From Felis catus (taxonomy: Eukaryota), in the NCBI RefSeq assembly GCF_018350175.1, contig NC_058383.1, forward strand, positions 19,656,001 to 19,720,000: DNA of 64,000 bases, written 5' to 3'. Shown in pieces: positions 11,250 through 23,566 of this stretch (position 1 is the first letter of the stretch; every line of letters starts with the position of its first letter). Under the pieces are notes generated by a model. The model made no database searches. It had not been told where the DNA came from and was given only the letters and a program-made list of their open reading frames with translations. The position numbers and the translations under genes were made by a program.

Positions 11250-13653
11250 ACGGAGGCAATACATTCTACTGGCCTGGAGCTCAGAAGGTAGGCTTGGGCT
11301 GGAGACAGGCCTGAAGGTCATTAGCCGTGTCGGAACCCACGGGGTTGCACAGAGTTAGGGAAGGCCTTGTCTGAGGGGGACAGGAGAGGGTTGGAGACTG
11401 TGGACCTCCTTCACAGGACATGGCTGGGCCAGACCCGCTGGAGGGGGCACCATCTTGGGGACAGGCTGGCCACTTTATGGCAGTGGGGACACTCGTGCTG
11501 GCTGTCCCAAGCTGCCAGTGGGAACCCAGGGGAGGCTGGACCTCAGAAGGTCCTGGAGGCCCCAGGGAAGAGGCTGAGCCTACGGGCCCCGTGTCCAGAT
11601 GCCACAGAATCAGGAACGGCAGCTGACCCCCGTCACTTGCAAGGCCATTTCTCTGTTTAGCACTTATCCCTTGAGGCTCACCACATGCACACACGTCCTG
11701 TCCCTCGTCCAAGGGCCCCACCGGGACCCCAGCTCCCACGAGACCCGAGGCGGTGTCCACCCTGTTCACTGCTGGGACCCCAGAGCCAATAATACACTGC
11801 TCGGCACACAGCGGAGGGGCCACGGGTATGTGCTCAGTGCAGGAGGGCCTGGACGGCCATCCCTCACGAAAGCAGGGACACAGCTCCACAAGCTGGAATT
11901 TTCCACCTCTCACAGCTAGATAAACACTGACCAATTCTGGCTCCGAATTTCCTTAAATACCTTAATGCAGGCACCGATCTTGGCCACCCCGGGGGAAGTG
12001 ACTGCAGAATGCTGGTAATTGGGGCATTATCATGATTATGACATCTGGCCCCAAGATGCTGATTAGATTTTGCTGGTCTTAGGGACAGTCACGGCTCCCA
12101 GTGGGCCTGCTTCCCGAGGTCCGCAGAAGTCACCATGATCGCCCCTGTGTGTCCCCAGTTCCTCCAGCCATTAGAGACCATGCCCTGGGCCCTTCTGCCC
12201 ACGGGTGCCACCCCACCCCCCAAACTGACCGGCCACAGCCTTGGTCATAGCAGACTGTCGTGCACTTACAACTTCAGCAACTCATTTAACCCTAACAGCA
12301 ACATGGCAGGTGCAGTGAGTACCATCCCCACGGCAGACACGGGGGAAACTGACACCCAGAGGCCCAGGAACCTGCCTAAGAACCGCAGAGAGAGGGAAGC
12401 CGAGGCTCGGAGGCGTTCAGCGATCATCCAAGGTGACCAGGCAGGAAGCGAGTGAGCTGGAACTTGGCTTCTGTCCCTGTTTGCCCAGCCCTCATCTGTG
12501 AACTTGTCTCAACAGTGACCAGGACTTTGCCCCCTGGGCAAACCCACAGCCGGTAGGTAGCACGTCAGCACAGGCAAGATCTCCCTGCTCACTTTGTGCC
12601 TGCAGACAGGTGCTGGGGGCAGAGGTCTCTCCCTGGAGTCCAATCTGCTGTCCACCCTGCCCTGCGCCAATATTATTCCTGGCACGGTGAGGGACACACG
12701 GACGCGTGGGGCCGCCCACGTGGGCAGCGACCTCAGAGCATCTGACACACAGAAGCATAACTCTGGGCCTAAGTGTGCAGGCCCTGCCCTGCCCGGCTGA
12801 CAGGCCTAGGCAAGCCAGGGGCCCTCTCAGAGCATCAGTCTCCTCGTCCGTGACGTGAGGACAGAACCACTTGCCTCGCCGGTCGCACAAGGGGACGGAG
12901 AGACCACAGCGGGGCGGAGGAGGCACTAGGGACAGCGTGGATGGAGCAGGTGGCAAAGCCCATCTTCAAGCACCAAGGAAACGCTCCGAGACCCTGAGTA
13001 GCGACAGCTGCCATGACAACCGTGGTCAGGTCTCACGGGCGCGAACTGAATGGAGGAAGCCGGGTTCCAAAGGGCAAAACTGATTCCGTTTACAGCAAGT
13101 TCCAAAGGAGACAGCCCTTGATCCTGGGGTCAGAAGTCAGGGAAGTGTCTTTGGCGGGGCAGGCAGGAGGGAACCTTCTGGGGGGCCGGTCAAGCTGGGT
13201 TACACACGCAAGTGCACGCTTTGGGAAAATGCACGAAGCTGTGCACCGGCCTGCATGTAAGCTCACTATGGAGGAAAGGGAAAGAGATGGGTGAACGGGT
13301 GTGCGATCCGGGCTGAGGGGGCACGGCCGCAAACGTCTCAGCCCATCCATGCTCAGGCCCACGAGGGTCCCCAAAGACCCCGCAGTCCACTCCCCAGCCT
13401 TTACAGGGGCCCCCGACTTCAGCCTACCTGCTTCTTCACTCACTATCTCGGTGGGGGGGTCGCACAGCTCACAGCCACCTGCCCCAGACGACCCAGGTGT
13501 CTAAGGGATCACAGACCCAAGACCTCAATGGCAGAGAAGGGACAAGCCGCAGCGGGCGGGCACAGGCCCAGCCCTAAAGGGCAGCCGTCACTCTGTGTCA
13601 GCCGCTTTTTGCCACATCAGCGAAGGCCTGGGCATTGCTAGGTCTCCTGATTT

Positions 13654-13663
13654 TTCTAAAGAA
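13654..13663. promoter_or_regulatory. STAT6-type motif TTCTAAAGAA
   Basis: TTCN4GAA motif match only. Confidence 0.3.
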
Positions 13664-14789
13664 GCTAGAAACCCAGATTTCTATGCATACTTTCCTGATT
13701 TTTAAACGTTGGAAAAGAGTTCCATTTTCAAAAACCACACCACACATCTATGGTCTCCCTTTGGCTTCCGACGACCAGCTGGCGTCATCTGGGGTGGGTG
13801 GGTGTCCTGAGACGCCCCCAACAAGAGGCAAGACCCCCCCCCCAGCCTCCTGGTGCACCGGCCCCACCCCCACCCCTGAAGGTGTAAGGTTGCTACCTTT
13901 CCCTCCCTTCTGTCCCTAGTTCCTCTTATTCATTATGGGATGTGGTTGTTATGGTGACGAGGAAGGGGTGGGGCTGGAGACCCAACTTTGCCTGCTCTTT
14001 GGTGTCAAGGATCCTCCAAATTCTGCAAGCCCCCTGCCTTCCTCCTTCGTAGGGGAGGACAAGAGCGGTCCTTACCAACCTTGCGCTCTCCCAGCGCTGC
14101 CCCCCACCCGTCCCCAAATGCGCCCCAGACTCCCCTCTCAGTGCCCACCTCCTAAGCCACCCCCTTGGGACACTGCTACTCAAACCCGCTCCTTCCTCAG
14201 CCCTTCCCTGCCTGTCCCTCTGTCCCATGAGCAGTGAGCGGCACCTTCTTCCAGACCAGAAGCCCCTCCAGGCCAGAGACTGTGTCTTACTCGTGTATCT
14301 GTGAACAGCCCAGGCAGCCAACCAGGGGCGGCCACCGTGAAGTCGGCCTCCACCCTCAGGGCTCCGGCACGGTCCTCCCTCCCCCTCCCTCCCTCTCCGT
14401 CCCTCCCTCTTCTCACCGTCTGGAAAGCCAGCCCCTATTCACACCCAGTGACTAACTCGTAGGGATGTAGGCAGCAACTTTTCTATTCTCCACTCTCATT
14501 ATTTTTACAGAAACCCGAGAGGAGAGGCCAGGTGAGTCATCTCCCCATTTTACAGATGAGGAAATTAAGGTAAACAGGCAAAAGGACTTGCCCCAAATTA
14601 TGCAGCAAGTGGGTTACAGAGCTGAGTCTGAGAGGTAATATATACGTGCGTATATATATATATATATACGCACATATATATGTAATTATTTTTAATTTAC
14701 GTGGCTACAAGACTGTAGTCAAAGAAAAGTCCTAGAAAAGTCCTTCAACTTTAGTGTTGAAGAAAAGAAGACAGAGAATTGGTCAAGAG

Positions 14790-15285
14790 ACCAATGCGCA
14801 TAAAGATAAGAGGTACGAACACTGAATAAAATAAATTCAAGACAGCAAAGTATTAAAAGAGAGAAAGGTGGCTCTTTTATACTGATCAAAGGAGCAATTC
14901 ACCAGAAGGAATAAATATCATGAACCCTTCTTCTATTCATGTTTTGTTTTTATATGCACTGAACAACACAGCTTTGAAAATAAAGCAAAAAAAAAAACCA
15001 AACAAGAAAAGGTCAAGGTGAAATGAGTAGATCCTTTATCAGAGCGGGAGAGAAGTCAGATAGAGAAAAACACATAAAAACATAGAAAACATGAATGATG
15101 TAATTAGCAAAATTGATCTAAGAGCTCTATTTCTCAAACGTTACACCCACCTTGGGGAGCCTGGGTGGCTCAGTCGGTTGAGCCTCAGGCTCTGGATTTC
15201 AGCTCAGGTCACGATCTCACGGTTTGTGAGTTCAAGCCCCATATCGGGCTCTCTGTTGTCACCGCGGAGACTGCTTCAGATCTTT

Positions 15286-15327
<42 letters not shown>

Positions 15328-15760
15328 CCTCCCCCACTTGCACTCTCTCTCTTTCAAAAATAAACAAACATTAAAAACAAAACAAAAACCTCCACACCCA
15401 CCAGAAAATATACATCCTTTCAAAGACAAGTGGAACATACAAAAGAAACTAACCAGAGAATCTTACAAAGATCTTCACAAATTCTCCATCACGGATATCA
15501 TACAAGCCATAAATACTGACCATAATGCAACAAATTGAGACTCCAAGAACACAAGGATAACTTCAAAAAAAAAAAATCCATTCATCTTTAAAAACGTTTG
15601 AAGTGCATAACACTTTTAATCAAAAGGGAAACTAAATTATTTTTGCATTGTGTCACAAGACCTGTGAAATGAAGCCAAAGGAGTACTCAAAGAAAAAAAA
15701 TTATAGCCTCTTAGCCTAAAGTAGATTTACTAGAAAACAAGAAAGACTAAAAAACAAGTG
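14790..15760 (+). mobile_element. Old L1M ORF2 (endonuclease region) relic interrupted by a SINE
   Basis: A-rich, AAGGAGCAATTCACCAGAAGG...ATATGCACTGAACAACACAGC resembling KGSIHQE/IYAPN motifs; heavily degenerate. Confidence 0.6.
15153..15388 (+). mobile_element. Carnivore SINE with expanded (CT)n
   Basis: Consensus match. Confidence 0.93.
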
Positions 15761-15799
15761 CTAGCCTCAAATAAGGAGTCTCATAACGGAATATACTTT

Positions 15800-16310
15800 G
15801 ACAGACAGCAGCTTGTGCAGAAGAGAGACCTGGAGGTTTTAGCGGGCAAGCCCAATGTACGCTCCAAGCGGGATGTGGTCACTATAAAGTATGACTGCAG
15901 GTTGTATCAACAAAGATATGGGTCCAATTCCAAGGAGGTGACAGTCTTCCTCCTCTGTGACTGGGCAGACACTGGGGGAAGCAATGGGTTTTATGTGAGA
16001 CTTTGATGAATCTGTTCAAGTCTAAAGCCAGGCTGAATTCTCTACAATTCCTTGAGTCAGGAAGAGCGGTTGAAAGGACTATACCTGTGTGGTCTGAGTA
16101 AGAGAAATATTGGGCTCAGGTTGGGAGGGAGCTGGTTACTACTTCCAAGGGGGCAGAACCAGAGTCAGAAAGTGAATGGTACCAGAAAGTGAGTTTGGCT
16201 AAATCTCAGGAAAGATTTTCTCCCAGTTAGAGCTGCCCAGCTATGAGGATCTGCCTTCCAGAAGGCCCGTGCTCTATGGCCAGGGGCAAGATCGTCAAGA
16301 GGCTAAGGCT
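15800..16310 (+). mobile_element. Ancient CR1/L3 LINE 3' fragment
   Basis: Translations QKRDLEVLA..KPNV and GCIN..GSNSKEVTVFL resemble the CR1 RT C-terminus (EKDLGVLVD..KLNM; GCINRS..SREVIVPL); L3-like 3' UTR follows. Confidence 0.6.
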
Positions 16311-16499
16311 CCAAGAGCCTGGAGGACTGCCCATCCAGAGATCTAGTGTCTCCCCTCTCCTCTTTTCAAAAGGCAGAACACTTCCCTGGCTCCTTCAGGA
16401 AAACCTCAGGGCCTCCCCAGTTCCCCAAAATGGCTCTGGGTGACTATGGTCCCCTCATTTCTGACCGTGAAACGTAGTTCTCTACTCCTTGGGCTGAAC

Positions 16500-16640
16500 G
16501 GCTCAGAACAGTGGTTAAAGGCATAGGCTCCCAGGTCAGCAGCCGTGGGTCTGAATCCAGACTCTGCCCCCTTGGAGCTGTGCCACCCAGATCGGCCACT
16601 TACCCAGAGCCTCAGTTTCCTCCTCGGGGAAACGGGGAGG
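16500..16640 (+). mobile_element. MIR (one of ~20 MIR relics, others at ~2060, 5000, 5850, 8790, 14540, 18570, 19120, 20830, 22100, 25000, 37490, 47800, 62950, 63400, 63750)
   Basis: MIR core GCCTCAGTTTCCTC / GAAACTGAGGC. Confidence 0.7.
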
Positions 16641-17908
16641 CGCCCACTCATCTACCCGTGTTCACCCAGTGCCGTGCCTGATCCTCACTGTATGCTCTGT
16701 GCCGTGAGGTGGATGTCACAGTCACGGTCACAGGCCGGGAACGTGCTCATTGGCAGAATGATCTCTAAAACGATCTGCATGATGATTGAATCACCCGTAA
16801 CACCAATCCGGGCCTGACCACATCCAGGTGTTTAAACACCGTGGTAAAGACTGGAGATGCTGGAGCTGCTGGGTTCACGGCCCTGCGCTGCCACCCGTGT
16901 GACCCTGGACAAGTTACTCAACTATTCAGTGCCTGTTTCTTCATCGGCGAAGTCTAGATAAGAGCAGTTCCTTCCTACTTGGGAAGGTTACTTTACAAGG
17001 TGAACAAGACACCACAGGGATCTGGTTCCCATTTTCCTCCCTGACCTATGCTCCTACCCCTCGGTGTCTGGCTCATTTCCATACCATCACATCAGCTTCC
17101 TTGTGGGTCAGACGCGCCAAGCCTGTTCCCGCCTCAGGGCCTTTGCACCTGCTGTTCCCGCTGCTGGAATCACTCTCCGGATGTCCATGTGCCTTTTTAC
17201 CTCAGGTCTCACCTCAAAAGTCACCTCCCTCGCTAGACTGTCAGCTCTAAGAGGGCTCTCGCTTCCGTGTCATTCACTGCTGTGTCCCCAGTCCCTAACA
17301 CGTCTGCTGAGCCAGGGGAAGCCTGGTGCTGACCCTCAAGACGTGTGTGTACCTGTTACTTTCAGGTGTGTGGTTAGTCCCTTCATCAACCCGCTGCTCA
17401 GAACTACAGTCCTTCCGCTAATATTAGGAAGGGTTGCACCAAACCCAGGAGGCCACACTCTCTTCCCCTCACACGGACCCACTTCCTTCCTCTGTCCCTG
17501 GAGGAGGGAGGAGGGAGGAGGGAGGACTCAGATGCCCGCCCCGCTGCTGATCCTCTCCAGCCGGCTGGCACCCGGGCCTGCTTGAGACATGTCCCATTAT
17601 CTCTAAAGCAAACTCGGAAATGCCACACGGGCCCCCGTGGGTGAGAATGAGTCAGTCAGAGCCAAACCCGAAATCTCAGACTCACGGCCACATCTTGGAA
17701 AGGCAAGGACATGCGAGTTTAGACAGAACTGTGCGCCCAGAGCCAGGGACAAGCAGCAGCCCAGGAGGCGGGGTTGGTGGGGTGGACGAGACCTTCCCTG
17801 CGGGCTCCCTCCCCTCCCCCCCGGCCCATTCTTCCCTGGGGCCTCTGCCCCACATCGTCCTAAACGTGGCTCCTCGGGAGAGGCTCCCGCAAAGTCCACC
17901 CTCACCGG

Positions 17909-17920
17909 GCTTTCGTTTTC
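17909..17920 (-). promoter_or_regulatory. ISRE/IRF-like motif GAAAACGAAAGC
   Basis: Motif match in unique intronic DNA near AP-1 and kB-like motifs. Confidence 0.35.
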
Positions 17921-20689
17921 CTCCCCGGTCCTGACGGGGTCCTGAAGGTCCCCTGTGTGAAATCCCAGGGGACCAGGCATGTCTCAGAAGTCACAGTAAC
18001 TCAGATTATAGACAGGTCATTGAGGATAAAATCCCACCAGGCGTAACCACCCTGCCCCCTCCCCCCATGGGTCCAGCACTTCCCCCTCCCTCCCCCCCAT
18101 CGCTCACGTCAATTTCTCAGCCTCCCCCCCCCATCACTCACATCAATTTCTCAACATAAGCGTTGGCGTCCAGGGGGATTAACAAACACACCAAAGAACC
18201 CCCTGATTAGTTCCCCTCGGTTCTTGCTTCCAACTGAATGATGGAAAACCTTGTCGGTTTTCAGAACTTGCAGAGTTCAGAATTAGCAATAAGGGTGATA
18301 GATGTGAATGTGTTTGCTTAGTTGTGTATCGCCCGTCTTCAAACTAGAATTTAAACCCTAGGAGAGCAAGGACTTTGTCCAATACTCTGTCAGTAGCTCC
18401 TGGAACATATAGGTGCTTGATGAATATTTGAAGACATGAATGCGCTAGCCAGGTGCTGGATACGGAGAAGCGATTGTCCTAACCAAGAAGAGAAACCGCC
18501 ATCACTGAGCCGTGGGCAAGGTGCCTGTAAAAACTTTGCCCTGAACACCCCCCAATACCCATTTTCGTGACAAGCAAACCGAGGCTCACAGAGGTTAAGC
18601 AAGTGCCTCACGATCACACAGATAGGAATTAGCAAGGTCAGATCTGAACCCGGGGCCCCTGTCTGCAAGCCTGTGTCCTTCTCTCTGCCTCCTGCTCAGA
18701 GAAACAGAATGACTCGATGGCAGTCAGAAAACAGAGACAGCCCTGTGTGACGCTGGCTGCCCTGGCTTCTGCAAGAGCCTTCAGTCTCCCCTGGGCTTCC
18801 TGTCCAACCTCTTGCAAAGGGCAAGTTCATACACAGCCAGGCGAGCCACTGGCCTGTCTTCTAGCCTAGCCAAGGGAATTCTGGCCAAACGTGACTGGGC
18901 ATGTGGAACGCTCAGAAAGATGTCCCTCTTGCTAACCTGAGCAAACTGACATAGCGGGAGAGAACTCAGGCTGGGGAGAAAGGCAGATTCAAATCCTTCC
19001 CTGTGGCTCCTAGATAACATGGCCTTAGGCAAGGCCACTGCACACATCTCTGGGTCTCAGTTTCCTCCCTGGCAAAATGGATTGATTCGATCCCATCCAA
19101 TGGGGTTCCTTTATTCATTTAACAAACACATAGTGCTCAGTCAGTACCAGGCACTGTTCTGGAGGCTCGACATGCATCCATTCACTTAATCGTTGCTACA
19201 ATGGTATAAAGCAGCCACTGTAATTTCATAAACGGGGAGACTGAGGTCCTGACAAATTAGTAAATTGGAAATCCAGCATTTGAACCTCGGCAACCTGGCT
19301 CCAGCGTCCGCACTCGTCACCTCCACGCTATACTTCCTAACGGGTAAAAACAGTCATGAACGTTTGTTGTGCATGTACAACGTTTTGGCAACTGTGTTAA
19401 GTATCTTATAAAACATGATGCCCTTAGCCTTCGTGAAAGCCCAGCTTGACACATGTGAAGCACCCCGGGGGGCTCTGTCCCTGCCTCCCTTGCAGGTGCC
19501 ATCAAAGGCAGCTGAGGGCAGAGGGCAGCACCTCCATTCTGGGGGGTAGGGGAGTAGGGGTGGAGGGAGAGGACGGGTCCAGGACAGGCCCTCTCCTCAC
19601 TTCTCCCACAGTGCATTTCAGCTGCGTTGCTAAATCAGAGCATCTGGAAACTGACTGCCTTAGGGGACCACCTCCCTGCCCCTGCTGTGTGGTACAAAAC
19701 ACATCAGTTACTGAGCTGCTGCCCGGAATGTGGAAATCTTCAGGTGATCCCAGATCTGCTGGTAACTGGGCGTGTGGTAACCAGAGTGCCTGACTCACGA
19801 GTGGTTTTCCCTCCCTGCTGCCTTCCCAAGGCCTCCCTCCAGCCTTGGCTTCAGGGATCCGGGGGCACCCAGGAATCTGCATTGTGATTTTTATGGCTCG
19901 GGCTGAGGCGAAGTGCACTGGGCCACACTCCAGCATGGCATTCAAGGCCTTCCACAACGTGGCCAGACGCACCTTCCCATCCCGTTCTGGCTGCCTCCCC
20001 CTCCCCCAGCACCTCTCCCTCAGGCCTCTCCCAGCTGCTCCCAGCTGCTCCCAGTGCTCAGCACGCCTTTCCCTCCCATTCTCCCTCCCATTCTCCCGCA
20101 GCCAAGCTCCCCCGCCCCTCTTCCAAGGCTGGCTCAGGGGTCCCCACTCCATGAAGCCTGTCCCTGCCAGGTGATCACCCCTACTTGCGCGAGCCCCCCC
20201 CCCCCCCGAAAGGCAAACACCAGTGCTATTTAGAGCAGTGTCCTGTAGGAGCCCAGCGGGTGCTGATTAATGAATGGATGGCTGTGGGAGGTTGCCCCCC
20301 CCAACCCCTTGCTCCCTGCCAACACCACAGCATCCACATCTGTAACCACTGGGCAGGTGAGCTGCTCTTGAGGAGTCTTTGCAGGACTCTGGAATCCCCT
20401 GACCGTGGGGGGACACCCTGGACAGAGGTACACCTCACCCTCAGTTTCCCCATCGGACTTTAGGATTGTAATCAAGGCACTGATGTCCCAGAAAATGCCC
20501 AGGCTTCTAAAAGGCCACTCTTAGGGAAGGAGCAGCAGGGGTGGAACCTGGAAGGCAGCTGGGGAAGAGCAGAGGCTAGGACCCCAGCGGGATGAGGGCT
20601 GGCAGGGGAGCCATCTGCAAATCCCAGCAGCAGGACCACTGAGGGTTGCTTGGTCCCCAGTCTTGCTTGATATAAGAAATCCAGATGTT

Positions 20690-20800
20690 GTGGGTTTTTA
20701 AAACTCCAGACTCCTAGATTTACTGAATCGGAACCTCACTGAAGACAGCCCGGGAATCTGCCTTTTAATAAAATCCCTTGGATAATTCGTTTATGGGGTA
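20690..20800. mobile_element. MER5-type hAT DNA transposon relic
   Basis: AGATTTACTGAATCGGAACCTC...CCGGGAATCTGCCTTTTAATAA. Confidence 0.6.
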
Positions 20801-21129
20801 GTTTGACAAATATTGCCGACGGGTGGACCACGACAGGCTCTGGCGTCAGAACCGCCTGGGTTCGAATCCTGCCGCACCCTTTCCAGGCAGTTGTCCACCT
20901 CGGGCAAGTCATTTAAATTGCCTGTGCCACACAGCGTCCTCCTCTGAAAAACCGACGGACACACGGCACCGACCAAAACAGTTATTTTGCGATTTAACTC
21001 AGAATACGTTCAATGCTCAGGACAGAATCTGTACAAAATGAGTCCAGTTAAATGACCGCTATTGTTACTGGGTCTACCCAACATTCAAGCAAGAACAAGG
21101 AGTCGACAGGGCCCCGTTTCCCCAGATGC

Positions 21130-21910
21130 CTCGACCGGGTAACCAAGTTCAGTTTTCGGAACTCCCCCTCCCCCCCTCCGCCCCAATCCTCACCCATTTC
21201 CTGCGCGCGGGGCAGGGGGTGATCCCTGGGACACTGGCGCTGCATGGCCCGAGCCCCGCCTCACCCCACGCTCACGACGGCCCCGGGTCCCCGAGGGGCC
21301 GTCCCCGCTGGCGTCTCCGGGCCAGCACGAGTTTGGGGGCGCGCCGGGGTCCCCGCTCCGCGCGTCCGCCGCCCCCGGGGGCGCCCGGGCCGAGCCGGCC
21401 GCCGCTCGGGGCGCGGGGAGGAGCGGGCTCCAGGCGACCCCCGACGGGGCCCGGTCGGCCCGGGGGTCCCCGTCGCCTGGAACCCCGCCGGCGGCCGAGC
21501 CCGTCCCCCGGCCGGTCCCCCGTCTCCGCCGCGCGCATGGGCCCGCGTCCTACCTGCGCGCCCCGGGTCCATTCGCCGCGCCCGCGCCCGAGCGGGATGT
21601 GGGGGACCCCCGGTCGGCCAGTCCTGCCCGCGCCGCGCGGGGCTTTCCTGGGCGCGCGAGGCAGCCCGCCCCTGCTTCCTGCGCCCCGCCCCTCCGCAGG
21701 CTCCGCCCCTCCGCAGGCCCCGCCCCGTGCCCCCGCCCTCCCCGTGCCTCCCGGCCGCCCACTGTCCGGGCCTGGCTCCCGGGCCCGCCTCCTCCCCCGC
21801 GCGGCCTCTCCCGCCAGAACCCCGCAGTGCTTCCCCCTGGCTCTCCGAATGACGCCCCGGCTCCGGCCAGGGCCTCCCGGGCGGCTCCGACCCCCAGCCT
21901 CGCGTTGCAG
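21130..21910. promoter_or_regulatory. IL4R: CpG island / TATA-less IL4R promoter with GC boxes
   Basis: Very high GC and CpG density; multiple CCGCCC (Sp/KLF) boxes at ~21666-21790 and an ETS core (CTTCCTG, ~21675) immediately upstream of exon 1. Confidence 0.9.
21554..21655 (-). other. IL4R: IL4R exon 1 (non-coding 5' UTR exon); 5' boundary approximate
   Basis: Minus strand reads CGCCCAGGAAAGCCCCGCGCGGCGCGGGC...GGGGTCCCCCACATCCCGCTCGGGCGCGGGCGCGGCGAATGGACCCGGGGCGCGCAG|GTAGGA. This closely resembles the human IL4R mRNA 5' end as recalled (...CCCAGGAAAGCCCCGCGCGGCGCGGGC...GGCGAATGGAGCAGGGGCGCGCAG). Canonical donor GT at 21553-21552, inside a CpG island. Confidence 0.88.
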
Positions 21911-22279
21911 AGGGACAGGTGCATGTGGGGCTGGAGCGTTGGGCGGCTTTCATCCCTCTCCCCTTCCCAGCGGCCCAGCTTCTGCGAGGTGCCCCTGTGC
22001 GTTTGTTCCTTCAGCGTTTACTGAGGGCCTGCCATATGCCGGGGGCCCGAAGAATTTAGGTAGTGAAACAACTCTTCTGGCAATAGCTGGTAAGATCTGG
22101 CAGGCTCTGTTGTGAGGCACTGCATGTAGTAATTTATTTAACTCTCACAACTACCCTAGGAGGGAGCTATATTACTATCACTCGTTTTACGGATGGGGAA
22201 ACTGAGGCACAGAGGGGCAACTTGGTGAGAAGCGTGCAGCAGGTGTGGGATTTGAGCCCAGGCTCCGTAGACCACTAAC

Positions 22280-22620
22280 TGCTGGATACCATAAAAACCC
22301 CAATGGAGCCAAGCAGTAGGGAAGAATGCAAAGAGAATAAAATATTTCAGGTGACAAGAGGTCCGGAGAAGAAAATAAAGCAGAGAGGGACCTATTAAGC
22401 CAGTCGGGGGTCGGTGGTTGAAAGGTGTCCCCGATGAAGACACGTTTGAGCTGATCCTGAACAGAATATGGGGGAAGACTAGTTCAGGGAGAGAAAACAG
22501 CAAGTGCAAAGGCCCTGGGGTGGCATGTTGGAGTAATTGTCTGAAGGCTAGCTTGGCTGGAGAGGCTTGAGGAAGGGAAAATGGAAGGAAGTGAGGCAAG
22601 AGGATGTGCTCACTCAGGCT
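22280..22620 (-). mobile_element. L2 LINE relic (others at ~8570, 9790-10860, 17000, 18330, 19880-20280, 39640-40000, 50560-50950)
   Basis: AACAGCAAGTGCAAAGGCCCTGGGGTGG typical of L2 3' region. Confidence 0.65.
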
Positions 22621-23364
22621 GTGGAGTGCTGGAGACCCAGAGGGTAATTTGACCCCATCTTAGGCTCAAGGAGCTCCTGGTCTTAGAGTAGAGGCAGACT
22701 CCTCACAGCCAAGGACAGCCCGATGGGCTTGCTGTGGTGGAGGGTGAGCCAGGGAAGCAGAGAAGCCTCTGGGAGGGGACACAGTACTTCAATTCTCTTT
22801 CGTTATTTTTCATGCACTTATTTTTTTCTCGGCCCTACTGTGTGCCTAAGCCTGTGACAAGTGCTGAGGACACAGATATGGAGATAACGAAATAAATATG
22901 GACCCTGCTTACTGAGACCTTACAGTTCAAGTATATGACAGTAGACAGTTTGGGGGGGAGTCAAGGGTGGCTTCCTGGAGGACATGGCCTCTGACGGTCT
23001 CTCCAAAGATCAGTGCACAAAAGGGAGGGAAAAGAGAAAGCCGTTCAGGCAGAGGGGATGGGGCGAGCAAATACCTAGAGGTGAGAAAAGCTACAATAAT
23101 TTAGCACGTATGTATTAATGCCTCCATGTGCCCGGGCCTGCGCTGGGGGCAGGAGAGCGTGAGAAATACCCGTCCCCTGCTTTCTTCGCCCTGGGGGTCA
23201 GGCGGGAGCCCTGACAAGTAACAAACGCAAGCAGTTGTGTGTAATGTACACTGGATGGGGACAGCCAGGGCAGCCAGGGAGAGAGGCCTCAGCAAGAGCC
23301 AGGAAGCTTGGCCAGACAAGCTGTGAATTCCAACAGGAATTCAGGTCAGATGGGAATTCTTCAT

Positions 23365-23566
23365 TTCTTTCTTTTTTTTTTATGTTTTTATTTATTTGTT
23401 TTGAGAGAGAGAGACGGAGCATGAGCAGGGGAGGGGCAGAGAGAGAGAATCCCAAGCAGGCTCTGCGCTGAGCCCGACACGGGACTCGATCTCGTGAACC
23501 GTAAGATCACGACCTGAGCCGAAATCAAGAGTCGGACGCTTACCCGACTTAGTCACCCAGGCGCCA
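23365..23566 (-). mobile_element. Carnivore SINE
   Basis: Consensus match; TSD GGGAATTCT(T/G)CATTTC. Confidence 0.95.

Larger units (their letters stand above)
1..21553 (-). other. IL4R: IL4R 5'-UTR intronic sequence (coding exons lie left of the window)
   Basis: Follows the exon-1 donor on the minus strand; no MGWLCSG-type signal-peptide exon found by eye. Confidence 0.75.

Noticed and set aside
21126..22115. 329-aa plus-strand ORF and overlapping 124-230-aa ORFs
   Set aside because: Pro/Arg/Gly/Ala-rich ORFs open in several frames on both strands; expected from stop-codon scarcity in a CpG island
22420..22445. TCTTCATCGGGG (minus) as the reported IL4R promoter STAT6 element
   Set aside because: Does not fit TTCN4GAA, lies in an L2 relic, and orthology cannot be established by eye
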